A stretch of 64,000 nucleotides of DNA from a virus. The stretch lies in the IMG/VR virus record IMGVR_UViG_3300011980_000002, positions 96,001-160,000 of that record. One strand, written 5' to 3'. The notes beneath the pieces are model-generated. The model made no database searches. It had not been told where the DNA came from and saw only the letters and a program-made list of their open reading frames with translations. The position numbers were made by a program, and so were the translations under genes. Positions 28,175 to 38,130 of the stretch are shown in pieces (position 1 is the stretch's first letter; every line of letters begins with the position of its first letter).

Positions 28175-28216
28175 TTACAAGTAAATAGTATATATATATG
28201 AATAGAGAAAATACGG
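28175..28216 (-). promoter_or_regulatory. Cassette promoter
   Basis: The reverse complement reads ccgtattt-N16-tatactatttacttgtaaataaaat. Confidence 0.6.
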
Positions 28217-28223
28217 ATAATTA

Positions 28224-28256
28224 ATAAGGTATATTGGATAATCCAATATACCTTAT
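28224..28256. terminator. Stem-loop after the nuclease gene
   Basis: ataaggtatattgga / tccaatataccttat. Confidence 0.6.
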
Positions 28257-28259
28257 ATT

Positions 28260-29054
28260 TTAATATATACTTATTAATTCATTTTCTTTTCCAACTTCAG
28301 TATTATATTTAAGCCTTTCTAAAAATTGGAAAAATCTCTTATACTCTTTATTTACAATTTTTATATAATGAAACGATTTACTACTAACGACTACTTCATC
28401 TTTAAGCTTTTCTTTTACCTTATCTACATCTACTATCTTATGATGAGTATTTGGATTATCCCCACCATCTTTAATTTCAATCTCTAAATTTAATGATGGT
28501 ATATATACATCCGGAAAATAGAAATGTCTCTTATTATCATATACATAATAATATACATGTGGACTTGGAGCCATTATATCGTTATAGTTATAATTCATAA
28601 CATTGTCTAAGAATTTAAGAAAGTCTAATTCATAACTTCCCGTATAACCAACTTCACCTTCTCTATTACTCCAAGTATATTTACCACTTATCTTCCTATT
28701 TGCTAACATTATTTTTTGTTGCTCTGGGTCATTTAATAATGTTATTTTCCCATACTTACCAATCATTCTTTTTTTAAACATTTCTCTATATTGCTCTTTA
28801 CATTTTGGATTATTACAAAATCTATTATACTTACAAGTTTTTTCATTAAATGATGTAGGTTTTTTATCTACGATACATTTACCTTCTTTTTTACCGGTCT
28901 TTAAATAATAATAAAATTGTTTTGGGCTCATATCATTTGGAATCATATCTTCATGCTCAGATTCTAAATGCGCAATATAAGCATCTACATCTCTATGGTA
29001 AGAATCACAGAATTTACATTTTAATCTGGATTGTATTTTGATCTTGTTTGCCAT
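28260..29054 (-). CDS. Putative C2H2 zinc-finger plus PD-(D/E)xK-like nuclease
   Basis: I prefer the ATG at 29054 (GAAAGGA upstream). The N-terminus has CKFCDSYH..HLESEH and the C-terminus has FPDVYIPSLNLEIEIKD, which resembles a D...ExK restriction-fold motif. Confidence 0.45.
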   Translation of the reverse strand: MANKIKIQSRLKCKFCDSYHRDVDAYIAHLESEHEDMIPNDMSPKQFYYYLKTGKKEGKCIVDKKPTSFNEKTCKYNRFCNNPKCKEQYREMFKKRMIGKYGKITLLNDPEQQKIMLANRKISGKYTWSNREGEVGYTGSYELDFLKFLDNVMNYNYNDIMAPSPHVYYYVYDNKRHFYFPDVYIPSLNLEIEIKDGGDNPNTHHKIVDVDKVKEKLKDEVVVSSKSFHYIKIVNKEYKRFFQFLERLKYNTEVGKENELISIY

Positions 29055-29194
29055 TGTAAAAATTATTTTCCTTTCAAAGATTTTTCTTAATATATTCAAG
29101 TATCTGTCAATTAAACCAATGTTTTTTAAAGGTTTATTAAGAAAATTACAATAAATTAAGTATATAGAAATAACTATGGAAAGGAAATTTATTT

Positions 29195-29368
29195 ATGATA
29201 AGAGTATTAATTAAAGCTTTATTAGCAATTATTCATACAGCTCTAATATGTATGGTATTAGGAATATTTTCACTATCAGGAATCCATTACCTGTATGAAT
29301 TTATTAATAAGCACGGTGATAATAAATTAAAAGATTTTTTAGATAATGAAAGTACAAATCTAAAATAA
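29195..29368 (+). CDS. 57-aa predicted membrane protein (below the ORF-track cutoff)
   Basis: ATGGAAAGGA motif 10 nt upstream. Hydrophobic core LLAIIHTALICMVLGIFSLSGI. Its last codons run into the left end of IS copy B. Confidence 0.45.
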   Translation: MIRVLIKALLAIIHTALICMVLGIFSLSGIHYLYEFINKHGDNKLKDFLDNESTNLK

Positions 29369-30695
29369 AGAAAGTATTAGATAGTGATGATTAAATCTGT
29401 TAAATTAAGAATATATCCAAATAAATACCAATTAAATTTTATTAATAATACCCTATCTTGTTGTAGGTATATTAAGAATAATTATATTGCTTATAATATT
29501 AAAGAATATAAAGAAAATGGTAAATTTATTACTGGATATGATTATAGTAAAATAGTAAATAAACTAAAGAAAACTGATGATGAGTTCTCATGGATTTGTA
29601 ATTATAGTAGTAAAGCTATACAGCGTGCTATGGTGGATGTAGAGAAATCATTTAAAGAATTCTTTAAAAAGAATAGAGGATTTCCGAAATTTAAATCTCG
29701 TAAAAGATTAAATAAAGAGTCATATTATTTTACAAAGAATAGTATCCATTATACAGATAATAAGAATATTATTAAATTACCTATATTAAAGAAAATAAGA
29801 ATTACAGATAGTAAATCTTTACCTAATATAAATACTATTATTAGTGGTAGAATTATTAGAGAATATGATAAATACTATGTGTTATTTATTTATAATTTAG
29901 ATAATAAACGCCTATCTCTAAATAATACTAAATTAGGTATAGATTTAGGTGTAAAGAATTATGCTATTATTTATAATGGTAATATTAGTTATAAGATTAC
30001 TCATTATAAAGATTATAAAAGATATAAGTATTACGAAAATAAGATTAATAAGTTAATGAATATAATTAGTAATAAAGTAGAGACTAATTATGGTAAGTTG
30101 TTAAATGAATACTATGATAAGCATCATAGTACTCCTAATGAAGTTTATAAAAATAAAATGAAAGGAGAAAGCTACAATACATCTCGTATAAGAAAATTAT
30201 TTAATAAAATTAAAAGATATAATAATAAATTGAATAATATAAGAGAAGATTTTATTAAGAAATTAATAAATTATTTAACGGCGAAAACCAAGCCTAATTG
30301 TATTACAATAGAAGATTTAGATATATCTGATATGATAAGTATTGATAATAATCATAGTTTACATAAATTAATTATGTATAGTAATTTTTATTACTTTAAA
30401 TCTCATTTAGTTGATAAATGTAAAGAATATGGTATTAAACTTAGATTATTAGATAAATATTATCCAAGTACTAAAAAATGTAGTATATGTGGTAATAAAC
30501 AACATATATCTTTATCTGATAGAATATTCATATGTAAATCATGTGGATATGAAATAGATAGAGATATTAACTCAGCAATTAACATATATAGTGCTAAAGA
30601 TAAGAAATGTGTAATACTAAACGCTTGAGGCTACGCAAGTTAAAAGACTCTTACGAAGAGATGAGATTATGTATTTAAATACATAATCAGTAGCA
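29345..30695 (+). mobile_element. IS605-family tnpB-only element, copy B
   Basis: tnpB plus a 3' tail with hairpins cttg..caag, ctctt-acg-aagag and the 12-bp stem gattatgtattt / aaatacataatc (30665-30688). The left boundary is approximate. Confidence 0.75.
29387..30628 (+). CDS. tnpB: TnpB (OrfB) RNA-guided nuclease family protein
   Basis: 413 aa, about three-quarters identical to copy A. The RuvC D/E/D positions and the CxxC..CxxC zinc ribbon are intact. Confidence 0.9.
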   Translation: MIKSVKLRIYPNKYQLNFINNTLSCCRYIKNNYIAYNIKEYKENGKFITGYDYSKIVNKLKKTDDEFSWICNYSSKAIQRAMVDVEKSFKEFFKKNRGFPKFKSRKRLNKESYYFTKNSIHYTDNKNIIKLPILKKIRITDSKSLPNINTIISGRIIREYDKYYVLFIYNLDNKRLSLNNTKLGIDLGVKNYAIIYNGNISYKITHYKDYKRYKYYENKINKLMNIISNKVETNYGKLLNEYYDKHHSTPNEVYKNKMKGESYNTSRIRKLFNKIKRYNNKLNNIREDFIKKLINYLTAKTKPNCITIEDLDISDMISIDNNHSLHKLIMYSNFYYFKSHLVDKCKEYGIKLRLLDKYYPSTKKCSICGNKQHISLSDRIFICKSCGYEIDRDINSAINIYSAKDKKCVILNA

Positions 30696-30716
30696 TAATT
30701 TAGAGGACTAGAAATT

Positions 30717-31109
30717 ATGGCTATTACAAAAATGAAAATGTCTCAGCATTATGTAGGTACAACTTCCAGAGGAATGACTATGGTAAGTGAGAAAGGTTGT
30801 AAACCTGGTGGTACTATGCAAGTCTATGTTCCTGAACTTATGCCAGGTATAGAATTTGCTGCACCAGTACTTAGACTTACCATTACCAAAGGAGAAACTA
30901 TATTCGTTAATGCTGATGAATGTAAAATAACAACACCACCTTCAGTTAGGTCAAGAAACTATATAGAACCTAAGATGGAGAATAATGCTTCTTGGAATAA
31001 TATCGTAGAAGACCCTGATAAGACTAATATACCAAGAGGTACTAATGTAACTGTAAACTTTGTAGGAGAGAATATTTATAATCCTACATTCAATACTAAT
31101 CAAACTTAA
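30717..31109 (+). CDS. Hypothetical protein (possibly structural)
   Basis: 130-aa ORF with an AGAGGA RBS. Confidence 0.6.
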   Translation: MAITKMKMSQHYVGTTSRGMTMVSEKGCKPGGTMQVYVPELMPGIEFAAPVLRLTITKGETIFVNADECKITTPPSVRSRNYIEPKMENNASWNNIVEDPDKTNIPRGTNVTVNFVGENIYNPTFNTNQT

Positions 31110-31129
31110 GAAAGTGAGGTATTTAAGTT

Positions 31130-31531
31130 ATGCAAATACCTGCTACAATTACTGAGCTAATTAGATGGGGTGAAACTGAAGAAGTATCTTATAGAAATCT
31201 TCATACAGAATTAATCGTTACTAATGAGCAAACTGACCATAATATAAAAATTCCATTAAATGATTATTTAGGAGACTATCGTTTCTTTATGAATAAGATT
31301 ATAATGGAAGTAGAAATGAATGATGATGAGATGGTTGTATATAAATGCAATCCTAAAGCATTATCATTAAAATTGTATGGAACTACAGAATATTGGTATG
31401 AGTTATTGGTACTTAATAACTGTATATCCAAATTAGACTTTGTGGAAAAGAAAGTTAAAGTATTTTTACCTAATAAGATTAAAGGATTTACCAATGAGGT
31501 AATGATATTAGAAAAGCTCCTTTCTAAGTAG
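31130..31531 (+). CDS. Hypothetical protein
   Basis: 133-aa ORF with a GAAAGTGAGG RBS. Confidence 0.6.
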   Translation: MQIPATITELIRWGETEEVSYRNLHTELIVTNEQTDHNIKIPLNDYLGDYRFFMNKIIMEVEMNDDEMVVYKCNPKALSLKLYGTTEYWYELLVLNNCISKLDFVEKKVKVFLPNKIKGFTNEVMILEKLLSK

Positions 31532-31597
31532 TAAATATGGGAAATTTATATACTATTAATTTAGGTATATTAAATATGGAAAGGAAAGAAGAAATAT

Positions 31598-33718
31598 ATG
31601 AAAAAAATTAAAGAGTTAAATAATATTAATGATACTTCATCATTCTTAGAAAAACTTCATACTTATCTTATTGGTAATAAGATATCTATAGATGATGTAT
31701 TAGAAGTTTTCCATAAGAGAATAGTACCATTAATAAGTTATTATATTTCCAAAGGTTCTAGTCAACCTTTGGAAAATTTTAACGACGAAGAAAGACAGAA
31801 TATATTTATGATAATAGAGATTTTACAATTTATCTATAATAATTCTGGTAAAGATACTGGAGTATCAGATATCGACTTTGATAACTTGTACGAGTTATAT
31901 CTATTATTTGGGAATGATGATATTATTGGTTCATCATTAAATACTAAAGTAAATATAGATAATCATAAATATCCATCATTAAGAGGTACATTAGATAAAA
32001 TCCATTATCTATCAGATAAGGATTTAAGAACTAACCCCTCTAGGAAATATCTATCATCATGGATTAATAAATGTGAAAAACTCTATTATGAAAAAACTGG
32101 TAAGAAAATAGACTTATCTAATATAGATATTATCATATTTCCTAAATATGATGGAGTATCTTGTATATTTGAATATGATGATAATGGGAATTTAGTAAAA
32201 GCTTTAACAAGAGGAAATGTACTTACTAATGAAGCTCAAAATATTACCCATATATTTAAAGATACTGAGATGAATCATTGTAATTATGGATTTGCTACAG
32301 GAGTTAAAACTGAGGTAGTAATTACTAATGAGAATTATCTTAATAATAATCATGGTAATTATAAAAATCCTAGGTCTATGGTATCCGGAATACTAAATTC
32401 AGATGATAATGAATTTAGTGATTTATTAACTGTAGTTAAATTAAGATATATGGATAAAGAAGATACATTAGAGCATTTAGATAAAGATGTGTTTAATTAT
32501 CCATATATAAGATGTAAGATTAGTGAAACTAATACCATTAGGGGTTTTGCTAATGATAATAAAACTGTTAATGGAATTAATTGTGATGGTGTAGTTATAA
32601 GAATAGATGATGATGCTATTTGTAGAGTCTTAGGAAGAGATAATAACAAGAATAATTATGAAGTTGCTTATAAGTATACTGAAGAAGTTGCATTAACCAA
32701 AATCAATGATATCACATTCCAATTAGGAAATAATGGATATATCACACCAATAGCTCGAATAGACCCTGTTATTTTAAAACAGACACAAATTACTAATGTA
32801 AGCCTAGGAAGTATCAACAGATTTCTTGACTTAAATTTAGGAAAAGGTGATACTGTTAAGATACTATATGATATAGTACCATACTTAATATTCGATAAGG
32901 ATTGTAAGCATAAAAGTAAATCTAAGAAATTTGATATGATTTATAAATGTCCTTATTGTAATACTATGTTGGATTTAAATGATGATGGTCTTCCATGCAA
33001 ATGTAATAATATACATTGTGAGTGGAAGAAGAAAGGAAGAATTCTTAATTATGTAATTAAGATGGGAATTCCTAATATTGGTGAGAAAACTATAGATAGA
33101 TTATTTAGTAATAATATAGTAACTTCCATAGAAGATTTATATTTATTATATAATAAGAAATCTGATATATTAAAACTACAAGGGTTTGGAGAAAAAGGTG
33201 TTACTAGATTAACTGAGTCTATTAATAGTATAAAAACTATAGAAGACTACAAATTACTAAGTTCCTTAGGTATTGATAGTATTGGTATAGAAAGCTTTAG
33301 GAATATATGCAAAGAATATACTATTAAAGATTTATTATCTATCATGGCTAATAGAGATTATGAGTCATTAATGAAAATAGCAGGTATTAAAGAAAAGAAA
33401 GCTATTAAAGTTATTGAAGGATTATTAGCTATAAAGAATACCTTACTATCAATATCTAAATATCTCAACATAATACATCCAACTTCATTTGATGAGAAAT
33501 TCTCTGTAGCATTTACTAAAGTAAGAGATGCTAATATAGAGAAAGAAATTATTAAATTAGGTGGAAGTATACATGATACTATTAAGAAGAATACTACATA
33601 TTTAGTAGTACCTGATAAAAATACTAATAGTAGTAAAGTAGAAAAAGCTATTGAATATGGTACAAGAATAGTACCGATAAATTTAATCATTGGTACTATA
33701 GAAAGGGATTTTAGTTAA
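31598..33718 (+). CDS. ligA: NAD-dependent DNA ligase (LigA family)
   Basis: Contains the adenylation KxDG motif (FPKYDGVS), a four-Cys zinc finger (CPYCN...CKCNNIHC), helix-hairpin-helix-like repeats, and a C-terminal BRCT-like segment (FAFTKVRD...GGSI...YLVV). Confidence 0.85.
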   Translation: MKKIKELNNINDTSSFLEKLHTYLIGNKISIDDVLEVFHKRIVPLISYYISKGSSQPLENFNDEERQNIFMIIEILQFIYNNSGKDTGVSDIDFDNLYELYLLFGNDDIIGSSLNTKVNIDNHKYPSLRGTLDKIHYLSDKDLRTNPSRKYLSSWINKCEKLYYEKTGKKIDLSNIDIIIFPKYDGVSCIFEYDDNGNLVKALTRGNVLTNEAQNITHIFKDTEMNHCNYGFATGVKTEVVITNENYLNNNHGNYKNPRSMVSGILNSDDNEFSDLLTVVKLRYMDKEDTLEHLDKDVFNYPYIRCKISETNTIRGFANDNKTVNGINCDGVVIRIDDDAICRVLGRDNNKNNYEVAYKYTEEVALTKINDITFQLGNNGYITPIARIDPVILKQTQITNVSLGSINRFLDLNLGKGDTVKILYDIVPYLIFDKDCKHKSKSKKFDMIYKCPYCNTMLDLNDDGLPCKCNNIHCEWKKKGRILNYVIKMGIPNIGEKTIDRLFSNNIVTSIEDLYLLYNKKSDILKLQGFGEKGVTRLTESINSIKTIEDYKLLSSLGIDSIGIESFRNICKEYTIKDLLSIMANRDYESLMKIAGIKEKKAIKVIEGLLAIKNTLLSISKYLNIIHPTSFDEKFSVAFTKVRDANIEKEIIKLGGSIHDTIKKNTTYLVVPDKNTNSSKVEKAIEYGTRIVPINLIIGTIERDFS

Positions 33719-33752
33719 TAATATAATTTATTTTACAGGAAAGGAAATAATA

Positions 33753-34181
33753 ATGGAAATTAAAGTTAAATATCTAAATGAAGACTTAATTAAAATGAAT
33801 AAGATAGTAATAGGGGATTGGATAGATTTAAGAGCTGCTAAAGATATAACTCTTAAACAATTTGAATCTGCTAATATACCATTAGGAGTAGCAATGGAAA
33901 TTCCTAATGGATATGAGGCTATAGTAGCACCAAGGTCATCCACATTTAAGAACTTTGGTATTATTATGGCTAATAGTATTGGTATTATAGACAATTCATA
34001 CTGTGGTGATAATGATGAATGGAATTTCGTAGCATTAGCATTAAGAAATACTACGATTAAGTTTAATGATAGAATAGCTCAATTTAGGATAGTTAAGAAT
34101 ATGCCTAATTTAGATATTAAAGAAGTTAATCATTTAGGTAATTTTAATAGGGGTGGAATTGGTTCTACCGGAATTAATTAA
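33753..34181 (+). CDS. dut: dUTP diphosphatase (trimeric dUTPase)
   Basis: dUTPase motifs [15 protein letters not shown] and RGGIGSTG are present. Confidence 0.9.
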   Translation: MEIKVKYLNEDLIKMNKIVIGDWIDLRAAKDITLKQFESANIPLGVAMEIPNGYEAIVAPRSSTFKNFGIIMANSIGIIDNSYCGDNDEWNFVALALRNTTIKFNDRIAQFRIVKNMPNLDIKEVNHLGNFNRGGIGSTGIN

Positions 34182-34198
34182 TGTAAATTTATATTTAA

Positions 34199-34242
34199 TA
34201 TATCTTGGTACTTTAGCTTAAAGCTTTTAGTGCCAAGATATA
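34199..34242 (+). terminator. Stem-loop terminator
   Basis: atatcttggtac..gtgccaagatat. Confidence 0.5.
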
Positions 34243-34308
34243 TAATATTTATTTGGTTATTAAAACTAATTAAAAAAGTATGGAAAGGATATATGGGAAA
34301 AAAGAATT

Positions 34309-34884
34309 ATGTTGAATGATCTTAAAAAGAGAATTAACGCCATAAACAGACAGTTTAAACCATCGAACGAGTCTGTAAAAAGTTATCCAAAGAAAGATGT
34401 GAAAAGAGATGTAAAGAAGAAGGTTAATAATAAACCTAATAAACCAATTCCAATTAGGGAAATTGAAGTATTAAGAAATAAGTACAAGTTAAACTGTGGG
34501 AAATTTCCACAACTATTCTATGAGATGGTAAATAGGATAGTAGCTGAATCTATAAAAGATAAACAGGAGATATCTGTAACTTTTAGAGAGGAAAGCCAAG
34601 AGAAAAAAGATAATGGTATAGTAATGATAAGTCTTACTATATTAAATCATGATAGTAGTAAAGCTGTAACTCTAAACTTCTTGTATTCAGAGGATAGAAG
34701 AGTTGTTAATAGAGAAAAGACTTTAGAGACTATCGTAGAATCAATGTGTATATCTATCATTAATCCGAACTTATGTAAAGTATTATTTAATATACATGGT
34801 TCTCAGGCTATAGATAAATCTGAGAAGTACATAACTAGGATTATTAATGATAATATAAATTTTGTATCAAATAACAAGAAATAA
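34309..34884 (+). CDS. Hypothetical protein with a basic N-terminus
   Basis: 191-aa ORF with the ATGGAAAGGA motif upstream. Confidence 0.6.
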   Translation: MLNDLKKRINAINRQFKPSNESVKSYPKKDVKRDVKKKVNNKPNKPIPIREIEVLRNKYKLNCGKFPQLFYEMVNRIVAESIKDKQEISVTFREESQEKKDNGIVMISLTILNHDSSKAVTLNFLYSEDRRVVNREKTLETIVESMCISIINPNLCKVLFNIHGSQAIDKSEKYITRIINDNINFVSNNKK

Positions 34885-34904
34885 ATAAAGAAGGAGTTTA
34901 CACA

Positions 34905-35615
34905 ATGGCAAAGAGATATATTCAATTCGTAGAGGAAAATGTAATAGATAATATGGATGATGTTTATAACATTATAGATTTAGCTGATAAAGAACTATCA
35001 TCCAATTTCGATATTAAGATAGACAGTAAAGAAATTCCAATTATAATATTTGGAGTAACTTTCAGGACTATTGTAAATATACTGAAAGAGAAATCTATAG
35101 CAGGTTATGATAAATATAAAATCAATATCGCAAATAGATTTGAAGTTGGATATGATAATACTACTAATGATGAATATGAGAAGAATGGTGGATTTATCAT
35201 CTACATTAAACATCTATATCAGAACTTCAGTACTCTAAGAGAAAGAGAATATGATGACGACACAATAGCACTTTGTGTGGAATGGAGTGCCACTAATATA
35301 ACTAATGATGCAGATGCTATTAAGAAAATATCTACAACAGCTTTAACCAAATTGGATAGTGAGTATGATATTAAACTTGGTACAGCAGATTGTGTTATAC
35401 CAATCTTTGTTACAATTTACGATTGTCTTATAGCTTATCTTAAGATAGAAAGAGCTTCAAGAAAAGAATCAGAATTCGAAATTAATTTCATCGGATTATT
35501 TGATATAGCCGCACAAGAGTCAGATGATAATGATGATATTATAAGAATAACTCCATCTATAGACTTAAAGTTAACTATTAAGTCAGATGGTTTGGGTTCC
35601 GCAAAATATGATTAA
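34905..35615 (+). CDS. Hypothetical protein
   Basis: 236-aa ORF with an AAGGAG RBS. Confidence 0.6.
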   Translation: MAKRYIQFVEENVIDNMDDVYNIIDLADKELSSNFDIKIDSKEIPIIIFGVTFRTIVNILKEKSIAGYDKYKINIANRFEVGYDNTTNDEYEKNGGFIIYIKHLYQNFSTLREREYDDDTIALCVEWSATNITNDADAIKKISTTALTKLDSEYDIKLGTADCVIPIFVTIYDCLIAYLKIERASRKESEFEINFIGLFDIAAQESDDNDDIIRITPSIDLKLTIKSDGLGSAKYD

Positions 35616-35655
35616 TATTATACATATTATAAATTAATCGAAGTTACTTAAATAG

Positions 35656-35721
35656 AAATAAAGACTACAGAAAAGATTATTAATATATCATTAATATGAA
35701 ATTTTATAGTCTTTATTTTTT
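35656..35721 (+). terminator. Long-loop stem-loop with a T-run
   Basis: aaataaagacta / tagtctttattt followed by a T-run. Confidence 0.4.
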
Positions 35722-35759
35722 AACTATAGTAAATTAGAAATGAGGAGTATATAAGAATT

Positions 35760-37150
35760 ATGCTTAAATATTTAAATATGTATAAGAATAAATACAGAGA
35801 CCAATTAAACAAGAAGCTTATGAAAAAAGAAGCTGATGAACCATTGGTTGAGTATATTAAAGATGCGTGGAAATCATTAGAGATAGCTCCTGCTATTAAG
35901 ATAGTTGATTTTAAGTATTCTGAAATAGAGAATGATATCAACATCAATAAGTATATATTCAAGAGAGAGAAGAATAAGAAAAAGAAAGAGAAATTTGATG
36001 TAAAGTTTATTAATGACAGTAGATGTGGTAGTCTTCGTACTACTATAGAAATAACTTTACCTGTTAAAGACCCAGTATCTGGAGAAATCACTATACATAA
36101 GAAAACCTTGAGTAAAGATATTCTTATTCCTATACAAGATGATAGAGGATATTATACTATAAAGGGTAAAAAGTATTATATGATTTATCAATTGGTAGAG
36201 AAATCTACTTATACAGGTAAACAGACTATTACATTGAAATCATTAATGCCTATTGCTATACAAAGAAATAGTACTGTAGTAAAAGGTTTATCTTTTAAAC
36301 ATGAAATGTTAACAGAAGAATTAGAAAAGGATAGTGGAGTAATGACCAAGAATTCCACTATAGCAGAAACTGTTAATGGTGATACTTATAAATTACCAGT
36401 TTATTACATTTACATGTTTAAGAAAGAAACTCCTATATTACCATTCTTTTTAGCAAGAGGAGCAGAATATGCTTTAGACTTTTTACAATTAAATAGAATT
36501 ATCTCATTTGAAGATGGGGAATCATTTCTTAACAGTGAGAAATCTGATAATGAGATATGGTTTGTTATAAGTAATAACAAATGTTATTTAAGAGTAAAAG
36601 ATAGAGAAATCTTTAATAAGTATCAATATTTACAAGCTATGGTAGGAAGTCTATTAGATATAATGAGTAATAGACTTACTAAAGAGCAAATATATGATAC
36701 TACATTATGGGTTAAGAAGTTAGGTGGTGGAAGTCAATCTAATTCTTATAATAAAGGATTGGATATGTTAACTTTCTTCAGTAGACTATTAGATGAGACT
36801 ACTAAGAAGATATTAAGAATAGATGATATTCATAAGAAAGACATTTATTCTTTAATAAGATGGATGATGATGAATTTCAACGAAATACGATTAAAAGACA
36901 ATATGAATTTATATAATAAGAGAATTCGTTGTAATGAGTATATATCATCATTACTTACAATAGAATTCAGTAGGAGACTTAACAGAATAATATCCATGGG
37001 TAATAAAGCTACTATGGATAATTATAAAGAGATATTTAAGTTCCCAGGAGAAATCTTATTACAAAAGTTACATGTATCGGGAGTACTAAGATTTGATGAT
37101 TGTATTAATGATATGAATTTCTTTAGTAAGTTTAAAGTAACTTTCAAAGG
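35760..37150 (+). CDS. Multisubunit RNA polymerase beta-like subunit, N-terminal half, exon 1 (3' boundary approximate)
   Basis: NKRIRCNEYISSLLTIEFSRRLNRI aligns with bacterial beta [25 protein letters not shown]. Coding similarity ends near ...FKVTFKG, and the track ORF tail to 37241 is intron read-through. Confidence 0.7.
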
Positions 37151-38130
37151 ACGAATTGATAAAATGTGGTCCCGAAATATGGTAACATATTGGAAAAACC
37201 GCTTTAACTGCGGGAAAATCTTAATAAACTTTAATTACTAAACTTATATAGTGATATGATAAGTGGCAATGGGTAACTCCAAAGGTATAGTAAAAAGATT
37301 AAAGTTTAAGACAATCCGCAACAAAGATACTTTTATAGAAAAGGATGGTGCATTTTTATAACTATGGAAAATGAAATTATATGGAAAGATATCCTATTAG
37401 ATAGTAAATATTATTACTTTGAAAAGTATGAGTGTAGTAATACAGGTTTAATAAGATATAAAAAGACTAAAAAACTTGTTAAGATATTTGACTCATACAG
37501 ACACAATCGTAAAAATCAACATTGGAAAAGATGCTTTTTATATTTTGACAAGGACCATTTTTATAAAGTGAGTGTACACAGAATAATAGCATTTACATTT
37601 ATACCAAATCAAGATCCAGATATTTATATTGAAGTTAATCATATAGATGGGAATCCTGAAAATAATAATGTTGATAATTTAGAATGGGTTACAAAATCAC
37701 AAAATATGATTCATGCATATAAAAATAACCTAATTAAATTACCAATAGGTGGTAGGCGTAAAGAGGCTATATTTGACGACGATGATGTACGAGCTGTTGT
37801 GTATCTGATGAAACAAGGTATGAAAGCAAAAGAAATATATTTCAATTTATATGAATTAGGATTATCATATAATCCGATTCTAACTAGAGAAAGGATAAAT
37901 TCTCTAATGAAACATATTCGAAAAGGTACACACTGGAAGCATATCTATAAAAAAGTATAATGTTCAACGACTAGGGAAAGACATATTATAATTAATTATA
38001 ATATGAATCGAGTAGGCTCAATAATAGGGCGAAACGTAGATGAAACAAATCGAAACGGGCGGCTCCTTATATTATTAAATATAAGGATGATGATATAGTC
38101 TAAGAAATAGTGAATTGCACATTCACAAGG
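37151..38130 (+). mobile_element. Group I intron carrying an HNH homing endonuclease ORF (boundaries within about 10 nt)
   Basis: The conserved core elements are present: gttcaacgactag (37962-37974, R/P7 5' strand) and gatatagtc (38092-38100, S/P7 3' strand). A P9-like hairpin gtgaat..attcac follows, and then G residues at 38129-38131. Confidence 0.75.
37364..37960 (+). CDS. HNH homing endonuclease (intron-encoded)
   Basis: Contains a NUMOD4-like N-terminus (WKDI...YECSNTGLIRY) and the HNH motif VNHIDGNPENNNVDNLEWVTKSQN. Confidence 0.85.
   Translation: MENEIIWKDILLDSKYYYFEKYECSNTGLIRYKKTKKLVKIFDSYRHNRKNQHWKRCFLYFDKDHFYKVSVHRIIAFTFIPNQDPDIYIEVNHIDGNPENNNVDNLEWVTKSQNMIHAYKNNLIKLPIGGRRKEAIFDDDDVRAVVYLMKQGMKAKEIYFNLYELGLSYNPILTRERINSLMKHIRKGTHWKHIYKKV

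Noticed and set aside
25297-30695. Interpreting the two TnpB copies plus cargo as a composite transposon that moves as a unit.
   Set aside because: IS200/IS605-type elements move as single strands, using left and right ends on the same strand. That mechanism needs TnpA, which is absent from the window. Inverted copies do not supply a compatible end pair, so only homologous recombination (inversion) is a plausible rearrangement.
33753-34181. A uracil-containing genome (PBS1/AR9-like), suggested by the AT-richness and the AR9-like RNAP and intron features.
   Set aside because: The phage encodes an apparently functional dUTPase with all motifs intact, which argues against deliberate dUTP incorporation. 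Base modification cannot be judged from sequence alone.
37151-37241. The C-terminal tail of track ORF 35760-37241 (RIDKMWSRNMVTYWKNRFNCGKILINFNY) as genuine protein sequence.
   Set aside because: Similarity to RNAP beta stops at about FKVTFKG and resumes in another frame at about 38131. The tail is read-through into the group I intron.
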